Assembly (NCBI GenBank): GCA_002726235.1
Contig: PBSN01000008.1
Location: forward strand, 386,635-450,634
DNA: 64,000 bases
Reading direction: 5' to 3'
DNA from: Nitrospiraceae bacterium
GTDB taxonomy: Bacteria; Nitrospirota; Nitrospiria; Nitrospirales; UBA2166
Shown here: positions 1 through 9,354 of the stretch, one piece after another
How positions within the stretch are numbered: the first letter of the stretch is position 1
Layout of the letters: every line of letters starts with the position of its first letter
The notes under the pieces: generated by a model
Databases searched by the model: none
Seen by the model: only the letters and a program-made list of their open reading frames with translations
What the model was told of the DNA's origin: nothing
Translations under genes and position numbers: made by a program

Positions 1-276
1 CACCAAGAATCCCAAGATGCTTGAGCGGGAGCTTTGTCAATGTTGCACAATCCACATACACGTTGTTGGAACGCTACTATGAAGAACTTACGACACCTTA
101 CACTTCATCTAACGAAGGATCAAGAAATGCAACGATTCAGCCACTCCCTTTTGCACATAACAGCGTTGTTGTGCGCTCAAACACTTACGGATTTCTATAC
201 GCACGGATTTGCGCACCTCAGATCTCCTTCGAACTCGAAATCAGAGAACCTAAGTCCTTGCGATGGGAAGTCATCC

Positions 277-305
277 TTGACAATCTACCTTTGAACTCTT
301 AGCAT
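277..305 (+). promoter_or_regulatory. Putative sigma70 promoter of purA
   Basis: TTGACA (277-282), 17-nt spacer, TAGCAT (300-305), about 70 nt upstream of the purA start. Confidence 0.5.
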
Positions 306-377
306 AAACACATGATGCTCTGGTCAATGTGGCCAGAGCTTTTTTGTGCGGTGTTATCGCAAAATTCGAGGAGAAAC

Positions 378-1679
378 ATGCCGAATATCATCGTTGTAGG
401 AACGCAATGGGGAGATGAAGGCAAAGGGAAGATTGTGCATCTTTTAGCCAAAGATGCGGATGTGATTGTTAGGTATCAGGGAGGCGCAAATGCCGGCCAT
501 ACCGTAATTGATCATCGCGCGCAGTATACGTTTCACATGATACCATCAGGCATTTTGCATCCAGGGAAAACATGTATTCTTGGCAATGGCATGGTCATCG
601 ACCCTGCCGCTCTCCTTGAAGAGATTGAACTTCTTGAGTCCCAACAGATTCCCGTGCGAGAGAATTTTTTGATCAGCCATCGTGCACATTTAATCCTGCC
701 CTATCATCGAGCTATTGAGAGAGCAAACGAGAAGCTTAAGGGCCCCAGGCGGATCGGCACAACTGGTCGTGGGATTGGGCCTTCATATGCCGATAAAATG
801 GGACGCACGGGTATTCGCATGTGTGACCTGCTTGATCCAACTGGGTTTCGAAAAATACTCGAGGCAAACCTGGCTGAAATGAATTTACTCTTTAATCGCC
901 TCTATGACGCTGAAAGCATGGATCTCGAAAAAATTTTTGAGACCTACTGTGGCTATGGGGAGCGTTTAAAAAGTCATGTCGTTGACATCTCCTTACTTAT
1001 TAACGATCTCATTGACCGCTCCAAAACAGTGCTTTTTGAAGGAGCGCAAGGCACACACCTTGATGTTGACCATGGGACATATCCTTTTGTCACCTCATCA
1101 AGTTCGACGGCCGGTGGCGCGTGCACCGGAACAGGTGTGGGGCCAACTCGAATCAACGAAGTTATCGGTGTTACAAAGGCCTATACCACGCGTGTCGGGA
1201 GCGGCCCATTTCCAACCGAACTCCTTGGAGATGCCGGCAATGGCCTAAAAACACGCGGTAACGAATTTGGAGCAACAACGGGCAGACCACGCCGATGCGG
1301 CTGGTATGATGCCGTCGCGGTCAAATATGCGGTTCGTGTCAATGGTTTGTCGTCTCTTGCGGTGACGAAGCTCGATGTGCTGGACGGAGAGCCAGAAATA
1401 AAACTATGCACAAGTTATCTCTATGATGGGAAACACTATACAGATATGCCTCTCAATGAGGCGATTATCAATTCCTGCGAGCCTGTCTACGAGGTGTTGG
1501 AGGGTTGGGAAACCCCAACAAGTGGAGCGACCTTATATCAGGAATTACCTGAACCTGCAAAACGTTTTATTGAAAGGGTTGAAGTGCTTGCTGGGTGCAA
1601 GGTTGATATCGTTTCAACCGGCTCCCGCGAAAATGAAACAATTATCATAAGAAATCCCCTTGTTACGGAAAAGCAATAA
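378..1679 (+). CDS. purA: Adenylosuccinate synthetase
   Basis: Motifs GTQWGDEGKGK, RYQGGANAGHT, IGTTGRGIGPSY, EGAQG, EFGATTGRPRRCGW. Start moved from 312 to the ATG at 378, which follows a GAGGAG RBS. Confidence 0.98.
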   Translation: MPNIIVVGTQWGDEGKGKIVHLLAKDADVIVRYQGGANAGHTVIDHRAQYTFHMIPSGILHPGKTCILGNGMVIDPAALLEEIELLESQQIPVRENFLISHRAHLILPYHRAIERANEKLKGPRRIGTTGRGIGPSYADKMGRTGIRMCDLLDPTGFRKILEANLAEMNLLFNRLYDAESMDLEKIFETYCGYGERLKSHVVDISLLINDLIDRSKTVLFEGAQGTHLDVDHGTYPFVTSSSSTAGGACTGTGVGPTRINEVIGVTKAYTTRVGSGPFPTELLGDAGNGLKTRGNEFGATTGRPRRCGWYDAVAVKYAVRVNGLSSLAVTKLDVLDGEPEIKLCTSYLYDGKHYTDMPLNEAIINSCEPVYEVLEGWETPTSGATLYQELPEPAKRFIERVEVLAGCKVDIVSTGSRENETIIIRNPLVTEKQ

Positions 1680-1747
1680 CAAAGGGATGCTTGAAAAGAA
1701 TCGACGTGTTGAAACTGGCAGTGAGTAGTAGCGTGCGAAGAAGCAAT

Positions 1748-1779
1748 GTGATGCGCGACACTCAAGTGCCGCACATCAC
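1748..1779 (-). terminator. 14-bp hairpin just downstream of the cold-shock gene (terminator or 3' stabilising stem between convergent purA and csp)
   Basis: Minus strand GTGATGTGCGGCAC-TTGA-GTGTCGCGCATCAC pairs fully with two G-U pairs; U tail is weak. Confidence 0.5.
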
Positions 1780-1789
1780 GCGCCTCCTA

Positions 1790-1999
1790 CTACGAATCCT
1801 GAGATTTAGTGACGTTTGACGCTTGCGGGCCTTTTGCGCCCTGAATGATTTCGAATTCGACTTCCTCTCCCTCTTTCAGGGTTTTGAAACCATCCCCTTG
1901 GAGCGCAGAATAATGCACAAAGACATCGCCCCCATCTTCAAGTTTAATAAACCCAAAGCCTTTTTTCTCATTGAACCATTTGACTGTTCCAGTACTCAC
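1790..1999 (-). CDS. cspA: Cold-shock domain protein (CspA family)
   Basis: [15 protein letters not shown] (RNP1), DVFVHYSAL (RNP2), [11 protein letters not shown] start with AGGAGG RBS. Confidence 0.95.
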   Translation of the reverse strand: MSTGTVKWFNEKKGFGFIKLEDGGDVFVHYSALQGDGFKTLKEGEEVEFEIIQGAKGPQASNVTKSQDS

Positions 2000-2092
2000 A
2001 ACTGCCTCCTTCTTGATGCCAAAACTAAGGTTGATGCTAGAAAACTAAGACCTAGAGGGCATCTCTTTAAGCCGTAGTTGGGTGCAGGACAG

Positions 2093-2124
2093 AAAAAACC
2101 GTAGAAGGACAACTCCTCCTACGG
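2093..2124 (-). terminator. Intrinsic-terminator-like hairpin upstream of the csp gene
   Basis: Minus strand CCGTAGGAGGA-GTTG-TCCTTCTACGG followed by TTTTTT (11-bp stem with one G-U). Confidence 0.5.
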
Positions 2125-2384
2125 CATACGCTGTCATCAAAGCCTAAAAATCTGTCCATGCGTGAACTAGTACAAAAACGTCCCCACAATAGCTGAATTG
2201 ACCGCCGTGGTCAAGCACAGCAGTCAAGATACTTTTATCGACTGCCAATTCACCCCCCCCTCTGCATGGAGAGCTTGTTATCCTCGCCTGCCGAATTTAC
2301 ACGATAGCACTCATCGGCTATCATACCTAGGTTTTCAACCCATTTGCGTGAATCAGCATTCTCGTCTTCCCATCGCAGGTCTTT

Positions 2385-3488
2385 ATGCGTTCCCTAACAC
2401 TTAACCGGTATATTTTATCGGAATTGTGCCTTCCATTCTCCTTGGCCATTGGCGGATTGTTGTTTGTACTGCTGACTAGGGAGATGACACGGGTAGCAGA
2501 GTTACTAGTGGTGCAAGGCGTTTCGACACTTATGGTCCTCAAACTTATTGCGTACATCCTTCCTTCGTTTATGATTTTGACACTTCCCATTGCCACCCTC
2601 ATTGCATCAACCTGTGCCTTTAGCAGGCTCGCAGCCGATCACGAACTCATTGCTATACAAGCAAGTGGCATCGGGATTCGACAACTTCTTATTCCGGTTT
2701 CAGTATTTTCTATCTGCATTTATGTAGTGGCCTTTTCCCTTTCATTGTGGGCACAGCCCTGGAGTGGGGCGTCACTGAAAACGCTCGCTCTGGGTATGAT
2801 CAAGGAACAGCTGATGCTTCCTCTCGATGAGGGCATGTTCAACGATCCCGTCGATGGGCTTATGATTTATATCCCGCAAACGGACACAGCATCCAAAGGA
2901 ATTTTCATTGCTGATTCCCGGAATGATGAAGGGAACAGAATCCTCGTCGCACAAAACTGGACACTGTTAAGTGATCCGGAAAGCGAACGCATAGGTCTCC
3001 GCCTGATAAACGGGAGCATCCATATCAAAACTCAAATCCCCAATGCAAGTCAGCGCGTGACATTTGATACATACGACATGCAACTAGAATTCGATAAGGG
3101 TTTTCAAACACCCATGACGGATATTCTAGACCTCAACGGCATTTATACGCGTCTTCATGCGTCAGATTGGACGGATGTCAGCGCATTGAAACAACTTGAG
3201 GCATACCACCGGACTTGGGCAATACCAGCAGCATGCCTAATCTTTGGATTCATTGGTGTTCCGCTCGGTGTTCGCTCCGGCGTTGCTGGCCGGATCGGAG
3301 GACTTGGCGTGGGCGTTGCTGGCATCCTCTTTTACTACCTGCTCAACATCTTTGGCGATTTCTTAGTATCCACGCGTACCATGACCCCATGGATCGCGGC
3401 GTGGCTTCCCAATGCCATCTTTATTGTGTTATCCGCATTTCTCTTCCGCTTGGTCTTGCCTTCCGCACCTCAACTGAGGTATCGCTGA
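2385..3488 (+). CDS. lptF: LPS export ABC transporter permease LptF
   Basis: N-terminal LNRYILSE, LPIATLIASTCAFSRLAADHELIAIQASGI coupling helix, 3+3 TM layout, C-terminal AAWLPN. Confidence 0.9.
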   Translation: MRSLTLNRYILSELCLPFSLAIGGLLFVLLTREMTRVAELLVVQGVSTLMVLKLIAYILPSFMILTLPIATLIASTCAFSRLAADHELIAIQASGIGIRQLLIPVSVFSICIYVVAFSLSLWAQPWSGASLKTLALGMIKEQLMLPLDEGMFNDPVDGLMIYIPQTDTASKGIFIADSRNDEGNRILVAQNWTLLSDPESERIGLRLINGSIHIKTQIPNASQRVTFDTYDMQLEFDKGFQTPMTDILDLNGIYTRLHASDWTDVSALKQLEAYHRTWAIPAACLIFGFIGVPLGVRSGVAGRIGGLGVGVAGILFYYLLNIFGDFLVSTRTMTPWIAAWLPNAIFIVLSAFLFRLVLPSAPQLRYR

Positions 3489-3503
3489 GAGAGGATTGAC
3501 GCA

Positions 3504-4601
3504 TTGGCAATCTGGCTTTTAGATCGATACCTCATATCCAAATACCTCAGGATTCTGGGTATTGCAACGACGGCATTGCTCTCAATTTACCTGACCATTG
3601 ATTTTGTTGAGCAGATACGTAAATACTTAAAAGATGACACTCAACTTCTTGATATAATTAGCTATTTAGGGCTTAAGATCCCTGCTATCATTTATCAACT
3701 AACTCCCCTTGCCATCTTACTCGCGACGCTTATCACGCTTGGAACCCTCTCGTACGACAATGAAATTACCGCCATGCGAGCGGGCGGTATCAACCTTTGG
3801 CGTATTACTGCCTCCTTCCTTATCTTTCCATTGGCCCTCAGCCTTCTTCTGCTCGCAGCCGATCATTCGTTGCTTCCAACCACAAATGACCGAGCCCACT
3901 ATGTGCGAACGACTGTTCTTGAACAACATCCCGAGCAAGCGCTTTTCACACAAAACCGTATTTGGTTGCGAGTATCAGCAAACACTTTCATGAATGTGCA
4001 ACTTGTTGATCTTAGTCAGTCAACGCTCTTTGGGATTAGTTTGTATCGGCTCAGCCAGGACTTCGCGTTGCAAGAGATGATTGACGCGCAAGAACTTCGA
4101 CACGATAACGATCAATGGATACTGATATCTGGCATCAAGAGACATTTTCTTGACGACGGGAGAATCCAAACGATCCCGTTTTATCAGGAACCCGTTGACT
4201 TGAAATATGAGCCACTCGAACTTAGGAAGCGGTTAACCATCACGCCTGACAATCTGACCCTACCAGAGCTTGCAAACTATATTGATCGTTTAGAAGAAAG
4301 CGGATACCCCTCGTCCAAATACTCCGCGAATTACTATGGCCGGTACGCTTTTCCTTTTGCTTCTCTTGTTATGGCGATACTTGGGATTTCCATCACCATG
4401 ATGGAACTCAGAACTCGTAGAAAACACTTTGCACGAAGCATAGGATTCACGCTCCTTATTGGGTTTCATTATTGGATCATTCATTCATTTGCCATCGGAA
4501 TAGGCCGTGGTGATGTGATACCTCCAGCGGTCGCAGGATGGACTGCGAACACCCTCTTCCTTACTATTGGATTTTTTCTCATGTCACGAATCCGTCAGTA
4601 G
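3504..4601 (+). CDS. lptG: LPS export ABC transporter permease LptG
   Basis: LLDRYLIS, PLAILLATLITLGTLSYDNEITAMRAGGI, C-terminal PAVAGWTAN; follows lptF. Confidence 0.9.
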   Translation: MAIWLLDRYLISKYLRILGIATTALLSIYLTIDFVEQIRKYLKDDTQLLDIISYLGLKIPAIIYQLTPLAILLATLITLGTLSYDNEITAMRAGGINLWRITASFLIFPLALSLLLLAADHSLLPTTNDRAHYVRTTVLEQHPEQALFTQNRIWLRVSANTFMNVQLVDLSQSTLFGISLYRLSQDFALQEMIDAQELRHDNDQWILISGIKRHFLDDGRIQTIPFYQEPVDLKYEPLELRKRLTITPDNLTLPELANYIDRLEESGYPSSKYSANYYGRYAFPFASLVMAILGISITMMELRTRRKHFARSIGFTLLIGFHYWIIHSFAIGIGRGDVIPPAVAGWTANTLFLTIGFFLMSRIRQ

Positions 4602-4678
4602 AGGCGGTTGCAAAAGTCCATCACACCAATGTTATCGTCCCATTGTCGTTTTCACGCACTCCATATACACTTACGCGC

Positions 4679-4783
4679 CGACGACCCTGAAGTCTTGCGG
4701 TCAAGAATTTTAGCCCCCCCCCATAATACTCCTGACACTTGAGAGAATTAAAACCTTCTAAAATTTGTGACTTCGAGTCGTCG
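4679..4783. other. Interrupted long inverted repeat, candidate structured RNA, between convergent genes
   Basis: Nested complementary blocks CGACGAC/GTCGTCG, GAAGTC/GACTTC and AATTTTAG/CTAAAATT. Confidence 0.3.
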
Positions 4784-4915
4784 CTGGGCCTTTCAAAAAG
4801 CCGTGTTCTGGCAGAAAACTAAGAGGATGCTTCCATGAAAATTTACAATTTATGGAAAGCATATTATGGCCATTCTGAAAAAAGCGCAGGCTGAATTGTC
4901 TATTTCAAGGTCATA

Positions 4916-5593
4916 TCAAAATTGATGAGCAGGAGGCGAAAAGGAATATGAGGATTGATCGTAAACCTGAATAGCTTGAGAAGCCTCGAATAGTTTCGAC
5001 CAGACATCACTCGGATCAGGATTAAAAATAAAATTCGCATCCCCTTGCAATAGATGCCATGCACCTTGTGCCATCTCAGATGCAAGTTGACCTGGGGACC
5101 ACCCCGCATGACCTGAATAGACTCGCAGTACCCCTTCAAGTGCAGAACTGTCACGAAGCGGCTGAAGCACATCGAAACTCGTGCTCACGTAAACATCCGA
5201 AAATACGTGTTGTCCATCCTGGAGCTTCTCAGGATAGCGAAAGAGAAAAATTGGGTTTTCCATGGCAACAGGCCCACCGAAATACAACATCAAATCTACG
5301 CCCCTTAATGCAGTTACCTGTGGCAGTGCTTGAGAAAGAGAGATATCTCTGGGACGATTAATAATGACTCCGTGCGTTCCATGTTCCCCGTGATTCCACA
5401 ACAATACAACCGTCTGCCGAAAATACGGATCACTCATCGCTGAATCCGCAATGAGAAATACTCCTGGCTGAATAGAGGGATTCTCCACGCTTGGAAAGGC
5501 GTCTGCAGACACACCCTGACCAAGGAGCAAAAAAAGAGTGGCACACACGACACGACAGTACTGTTCAACATTTGCACCTCGACACATGAACAT
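4916..5593 (-). CDS. YqgE/AlgH (DUF179) family protein with an N-terminal signal-like segment
   Basis: MSDPYFRQTVVLL, GVIINRP, YFGGPV, YSGHAGWSPGQLASEM..GAW. Confidence 0.88.
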   Translation of the reverse strand: MFMCRGANVEQYCRVVCATLFLLLGQGVSADAFPSVENPSIQPGVFLIADSAMSDPYFRQTVVLLWNHGEHGTHGVIINRPRDISLSQALPQVTALRGVDLMLYFGGPVAMENPIFLFRYPEKLQDGQHVFSDVYVSTSFDVLQPLRDSSALEGVLRVYSGHAGWSPGQLASEMAQGAWHLLQGDANFIFNPDPSDVWSKLFEASQAIQVYDQSSYSFSPPAHQF

Positions 5594-6561
5594 TAATCAA
5601 TACGGACCGGCCAAGGCACATCTTTCAAGACATAAGTCGCAAGGCGTTTTGCCATCTCAATTTGCTTCCCAGTATCATTTTCGTTCAAAACATCTCTCAA
5701 CCCTTGACCAAATAGCTTATCCCTCACCAAGATAAACTGAAGCTCTTCAGCTGCCGAGACATGCCACAGACCTCGCAGGCGAAACCAAGAGAAGACGACC
5801 TGGTCAAGAAAAGTCGGTAATAGATATCGAGCACGATCTGGATGATCGGTCGCCTCTTGCATCTTCCCAAGCCAATGGTAACACTCTGCTTTCAGAGATA
5901 TTTTTTCATTAACAGAGGGGTAGGGAGGACCCTGTCGAAATCGCCGAGTAGCCACGTCTAGAATTTTCGAAGCGATCCCATCGCGCTCAAACAATACTCG
6001 CGCTTTGCGAAGAAATGAGGGAAGATGCAGTGATGTCTGAAGTTCTTCTTCAAGTCCTTTTTGGCCCCGATAGGAGATATCAATTAGCTGTCGTTTCACA
6101 CGAATCCATTGTGCGCTCTGTTCTTCACCCTTGATGATAACGAGGATGAAATGTTTTCCTCTACGCTTTGACCGAGCATCGTAGGCTGCCGCGGGCATAA
6201 TAATCCCGAGCAAATCTCCACCTCGCTTTGCTTTTATATGTCGTAGCGCTATGGGAAGAAGTTCATTAAGTTCATCGCCAAACTCGTCCGCAAGCCAGAT
6301 TGGCAAGGAAGGTTCGGGAAGTTGACTCTCACCATCAGCGATTATCGTACTCGATGTTTCCTGGGGAGATTCATGTGTTGCAGAGAGATTCATCTCATTT
6401 TGTGTAAGATCAGTTTGAATTACTGCTGATGCGTCTAAATCAACATGCGGACGGTTCACATCCACGTCATCTTTCGAAGAGGCTACATAGCCATCTGGCT
6501 GAATTACATGCGCGACTTCAGATGCTTCGGGTTGAGCACCCATCGTTTGTTCTCTATTCAT
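5593..6561 (-). CDS. Hypothetical protein; acidic low-complexity N-terminus, then a possible degenerate nucleotidyltransferase-like plus helical domain
   Basis: 322-aa ORF coupled (TAATG) to the DUF179 gene. IDISY and ARVLFERDG segments resemble NTase-fold proteins, but the GS..DxD motif is absent. Confidence 0.6.
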   Translation of the reverse strand: MNREQTMGAQPEASEVAHVIQPDGYVASSKDDVDVNRPHVDLDASAVIQTDLTQNEMNLSATHESPQETSSTIIADGESQLPEPSLPIWLADEFGDELNELLPIALRHIKAKRGGDLLGIIMPAAAYDARSKRRGKHFILVIIKGEEQSAQWIRVKRQLIDISYRGQKGLEEELQTSLHLPSFLRKARVLFERDGIASKILDVATRRFRQGPPYPSVNEKISLKAECYHWLGKMQEATDHPDRARYLLPTFLDQVVFSWFRLRGLWHVSAAEELQFILVRDKLFGQGLRDVLNENDTGKQIEMAKRLATYVLKDVPWPVRID

Positions 6562-6566
6562 TTTGG

Positions 6567-7529
6567 CTACCCCTTCGCACGATACCTTAGTATCGTGCCC
6601 TCAGCCCCAACTGCCAACCCAAAAGAAGGAGTGACAAAGTCTAGACTCCACAATGTTTTTGTTGTAGGACTTTTCCATTTCGTCCACGTTGCACCGCCAT
6701 CAACGGTATGAAGAAGACTCCCAAGCTCACCAACCGTCCATCCCTTATTCACATCGAGAAAGTCAATTCCGGTCAGTTCTATATCAATATCGCTGGGTTG
6801 AAAATTCCATCGTCGCCCAGCATCGTGGGTCACGGCAATAATTCCACCATCCCCACTTGCCCATCCGTGAGTATTATTCATAAACGACAAGTCAGTGAGG
6901 CGCATTGAAATCCCAACTGGAGAAAAGCCTATGACATTCATAGGTTCCCATGTGTTTCCGCCGTCAGCAGTATGATAAATCTCCCCTTGAACTCCACCTA
7001 TCCAACCATGAGTAGGGTTAACAAATGTGACGGCAGAAAACCATCCGACATCTGGAATATCGTGTGCAGTCCAATTTTTCCCTCCATCCGTTGTATGAAA
7101 GACCTCACTAAAGGTTCCAACAGCCCATCCGTGAAGTTCATCAAAAAAATCTACTGCAAGAAATGCATTCTTGTTGTCGTGCTTCTGAATCTCCCACGTA
7201 TCTCCTCCATCAGTCGTATGAAGAATGGTCATCATATCACCTACGACCCATCCTTTATCAGTAGTGACAAAGTCGACACTATAAAGACTTGATGAAACTC
7301 CACTTGGAAGAACAGTCCACCGATCACCCCCATCACTCGTACGTAAAATCGTCCCCGACTCTCCCACTATCCAGCTAGTTTTGTCGTCGAAAACCGACAC
7401 CCCTGCAAGATTGTATGTTGTATTACTATTCCGAGCCGTCCAGTCTTCATGCTCTCCCGGACAGCCAAGCACAAAAGCCATTGACAAAATACTCAAGGTG
7501 CATAACACCCTAGACCATGATACCTTCAT
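6567..7529 (-). CDS. YCF48/BNR-repeat (Asp-box) beta-propeller, probable lipoprotein
   Basis: Repeated GW.VG..G.I.HT.DGG..W units; VLGC lipobox-like signal. Confidence 0.85.
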   Translation of the reverse strand: MKVSWSRVLCTLSILSMAFVLGCPGEHEDWTARNSNTTYNLAGVSVFDDKTSWIVGESGTILRTSDGGDRWTVLPSGVSSSLYSVDFVTTDKGWVVGDMMTILHTTDGGDTWEIQKHDNKNAFLAVDFFDELHGWAVGTFSEVFHTTDGGKNWTAHDIPDVGWFSAVTFVNPTHGWIGGVQGEIYHTADGGNTWEPMNVIGFSPVGISMRLTDLSFMNNTHGWASGDGGIIAVTHDAGRRWNFQPSDIDIELTGIDFLDVNKGWTVGELGSLLHTVDGGATWTKWKSPTTKTLWSLDFVTPSFGLAVGAEGTILRYRAKG

Positions 7530-8509
7530 GGAATCACAACGATACCATGAGGATCTTTTCCAACGGGAATACTGGCCACAACAGTGTGTGTAGATAGCTC
7601 AATCACTTCGACAGTTTCGGTATCTCGACTCGTCACATACAATTCCTTGCCATCAGGAGAAAACACAGGAATATCAGGACGTTTTCCAACCGGGATTGTC
7701 ACAATAGGAACGCGATGCCGAACATCAATAAGTGAAACTGTGTCATCACCTCGGTTTGCAACCGCAGCAAGCTTTCCATCAGATGTTATAGCGAGACCAT
7801 GAGTATCTTTTCCAAGCGCAATCTCAGCGACAACTGTACGTGTCGCTGTATCAATCACCGACACCTGATCTTCGCCGCCTTCGGTAACCCACAGCTCTCC
7901 GCCACTCGGTGTGATGCTGATTCCCATTGCATCCTTCCCCGCAAACACATCCTGAACTGTTTGCCGTTCCCAAGTATCAATCACTGAGATATCCGCTGAA
8001 CCACCATTACTCACATAAGCGTAGTGACCATCAGGACTAAATACGGTAAGCATCGGTTTTTTTCCCACAGGTATTGTGTCAATGACTTTCTGCTCTGCCA
8101 ACGAAATAATCGAAACCGTATTTGCCCCCACATTTGCAGTGTAAAGATATTGACCATCAGGTGTTACCGAAACTCCATGTGTTTTCGTTCCAGCTGGAAT
8201 GCTTACCACTTCTCGTTTGGCTACGGTATCAAACACCACAACATTGTGACTTCCGACGTTTGCAATATACAGGTGTTTTCCGTCTAAAGATGCCACAAGA
8301 TTGTGTGGTTTCTTGCTTGAAAGTGGAATAGTGTGGGTTACCTCTTTCGTTGTGGAATCAATAACCGACAAGGAATTCGAAGCTTGATTTCCTACATAAA
8401 TTGTCGCGGCGTGGACAGGAACACTGAAACAAAGCACGGCAGACATACACATTAGCCCCAAATGGACTATCCGTTTATTTCGAAGTAGCGTCATCATGGG
8501 TACCTCCAT
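7526..8509 (-). CDS. YVTN/YncE-family seven-bladed beta-propeller, exported
   Basis: Repeats of SPDG..LYV.N..S..VSVID......TIPVG..P; signal peptide ending VHA. Confidence 0.88.
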   Translation of the reverse strand: MEVPMMTLLRNKRIVHLGLMCMSAVLCFSVPVHAATIYVGNQASNSLSVIDSTTKEVTHTIPLSSKKPHNLVASLDGKHLYIANVGSHNVVVFDTVAKREVVSIPAGTKTHGVSVTPDGQYLYTANVGANTVSIISLAEQKVIDTIPVGKKPMLTVFSPDGHYAYVSNGGSADISVIDTWERQTVQDVFAGKDAMGISITPSGGELWVTEGGEDQVSVIDTATRTVVAEIALGKDTHGLAITSDGKLAAVANRGDDTVSLIDVRHRVPIVTIPVGKRPDIPVFSPDGKELYVTSRDTETVEVIELSTHTVVASIPVGKDPHGIVVIP

Positions 8510-8933
8510 GTTGATCCGATGCCGAAAACATCGTGCGTAGGAAGTTTACAACATGCCACCGATCTTCTTCTGATAATTGCAACTGCCAGTTTGGCATGGC
8601 CCGCCGACCGACAGTGATTTTCCAGTAGAGACTGCCATCAGATTGTCGTTGTATCGCTGGATCCATGAAATTCGCCATGGCAACGCCCAAACTCAGTGAC
8701 GATGGGCCATCTCCATCACCTCGCGAACCATGACACACTTGGCAATTCTTGGCGTACACCAATATCCCACGTCCAATTGAAGCTTGTGTCGGAAGAATCG
8801 GGTTTTGACGTTGTTTGGCTTCGCCTGGAATATCCCAAGACGTTGACCGTTCGATCGCAAAAAGGGGAGTAGAGCAAAAAACAAGAAATGCAATGCTAAG
8901 GAGAAAAGCGCGACTCAAATGAATTGTTAACAC
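8475..8933 (-). CDS. Monoheme class I cytochrome c, exported
   Basis: Signal peptide, CQVCH, GDGDG, SDGSLYWKI..G..AMP (distal Met), W.VVNFLR. Confidence 0.9.
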   Translation of the reverse strand: MLTIHLSRAFLLSIAFLVFCSTPLFAIERSTSWDIPGEAKQRQNPILPTQASIGRGILVYAKNCQVCHGSRGDGDGPSSLSLGVAMANFMDPAIQRQSDGSLYWKITVGRRAMPNWQLQLSEEDRWHVVNFLRTMFSASDQHGGTHDDATSK

Positions 8934-8942
8934 GTAGCACCC

Positions 8943-9332
8943 TTACCCCTCGGTAAATCGAAGCATCGTGGATGCTTCATACGCTTTCTCGTCACTGCTG
9001 GTGAAGACGACCCTAATTTGGCCTTCCTCTGAGGCTCGAAGTTTAAATGTCACAATTGGATCATCACTAAGTGCAGCGCTCATCTCATAGGTTGACACTA
9101 ACGCGTCACGAAAAAACACTTCCATCTTGTTAATGTAAAATGCTGGCTCGCCTTTGGCAAAAACATGTTCCGCTATCATTCGAAGCCCTGTCCTAGCTGG
9201 ATGGCGCATCTTGGCCTGCACTTTTATGACTTTCCCTCTGGAAATCCGTATGGGCAACCGAATGCGAGGAGGTGCAATCAGCTGTGAAGAGGAAATTGGA
9301 TTCTGATGATGTTGCTTGTGCTGCTCTGCCAT
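8943..9332 (-). CDS. soxZ: SoxZ-like sulfur-carrier subunit
   Basis: HPARTGLR (canonical HPMETGLR), EPAFYI, SAALSDDPIVTFKL; no signal peptide; directly downstream of the SoxY-like gene. Confidence 0.7.
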   Translation of the reverse strand: MAEQHKQHHQNPISSSQLIAPPRIRLPIRISRGKVIKVQAKMRHPARTGLRMIAEHVFAKGEPAFYINKMEVFFRDALVSTYEMSAALSDDPIVTFKLRASEEGQIRVVFTSSDEKAYEASTMLRFTEG

Positions 9333-9354
9333 GTCAAACTACCCGTCGCCCAGT

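Noticed and set aside
21..302. Two overlapping short plus-strand ORFs before purA
   Set aside because: No recognisable motifs and they overlap the putative purA promoter. One could be the tail of a gene starting outside the window, but this cannot be supported.
2253..2260. C8 run in the csp/lptF divergent region as a phase-variable promoter
   Set aside because: Short tract with no clear -35/-10 pair flanking it.
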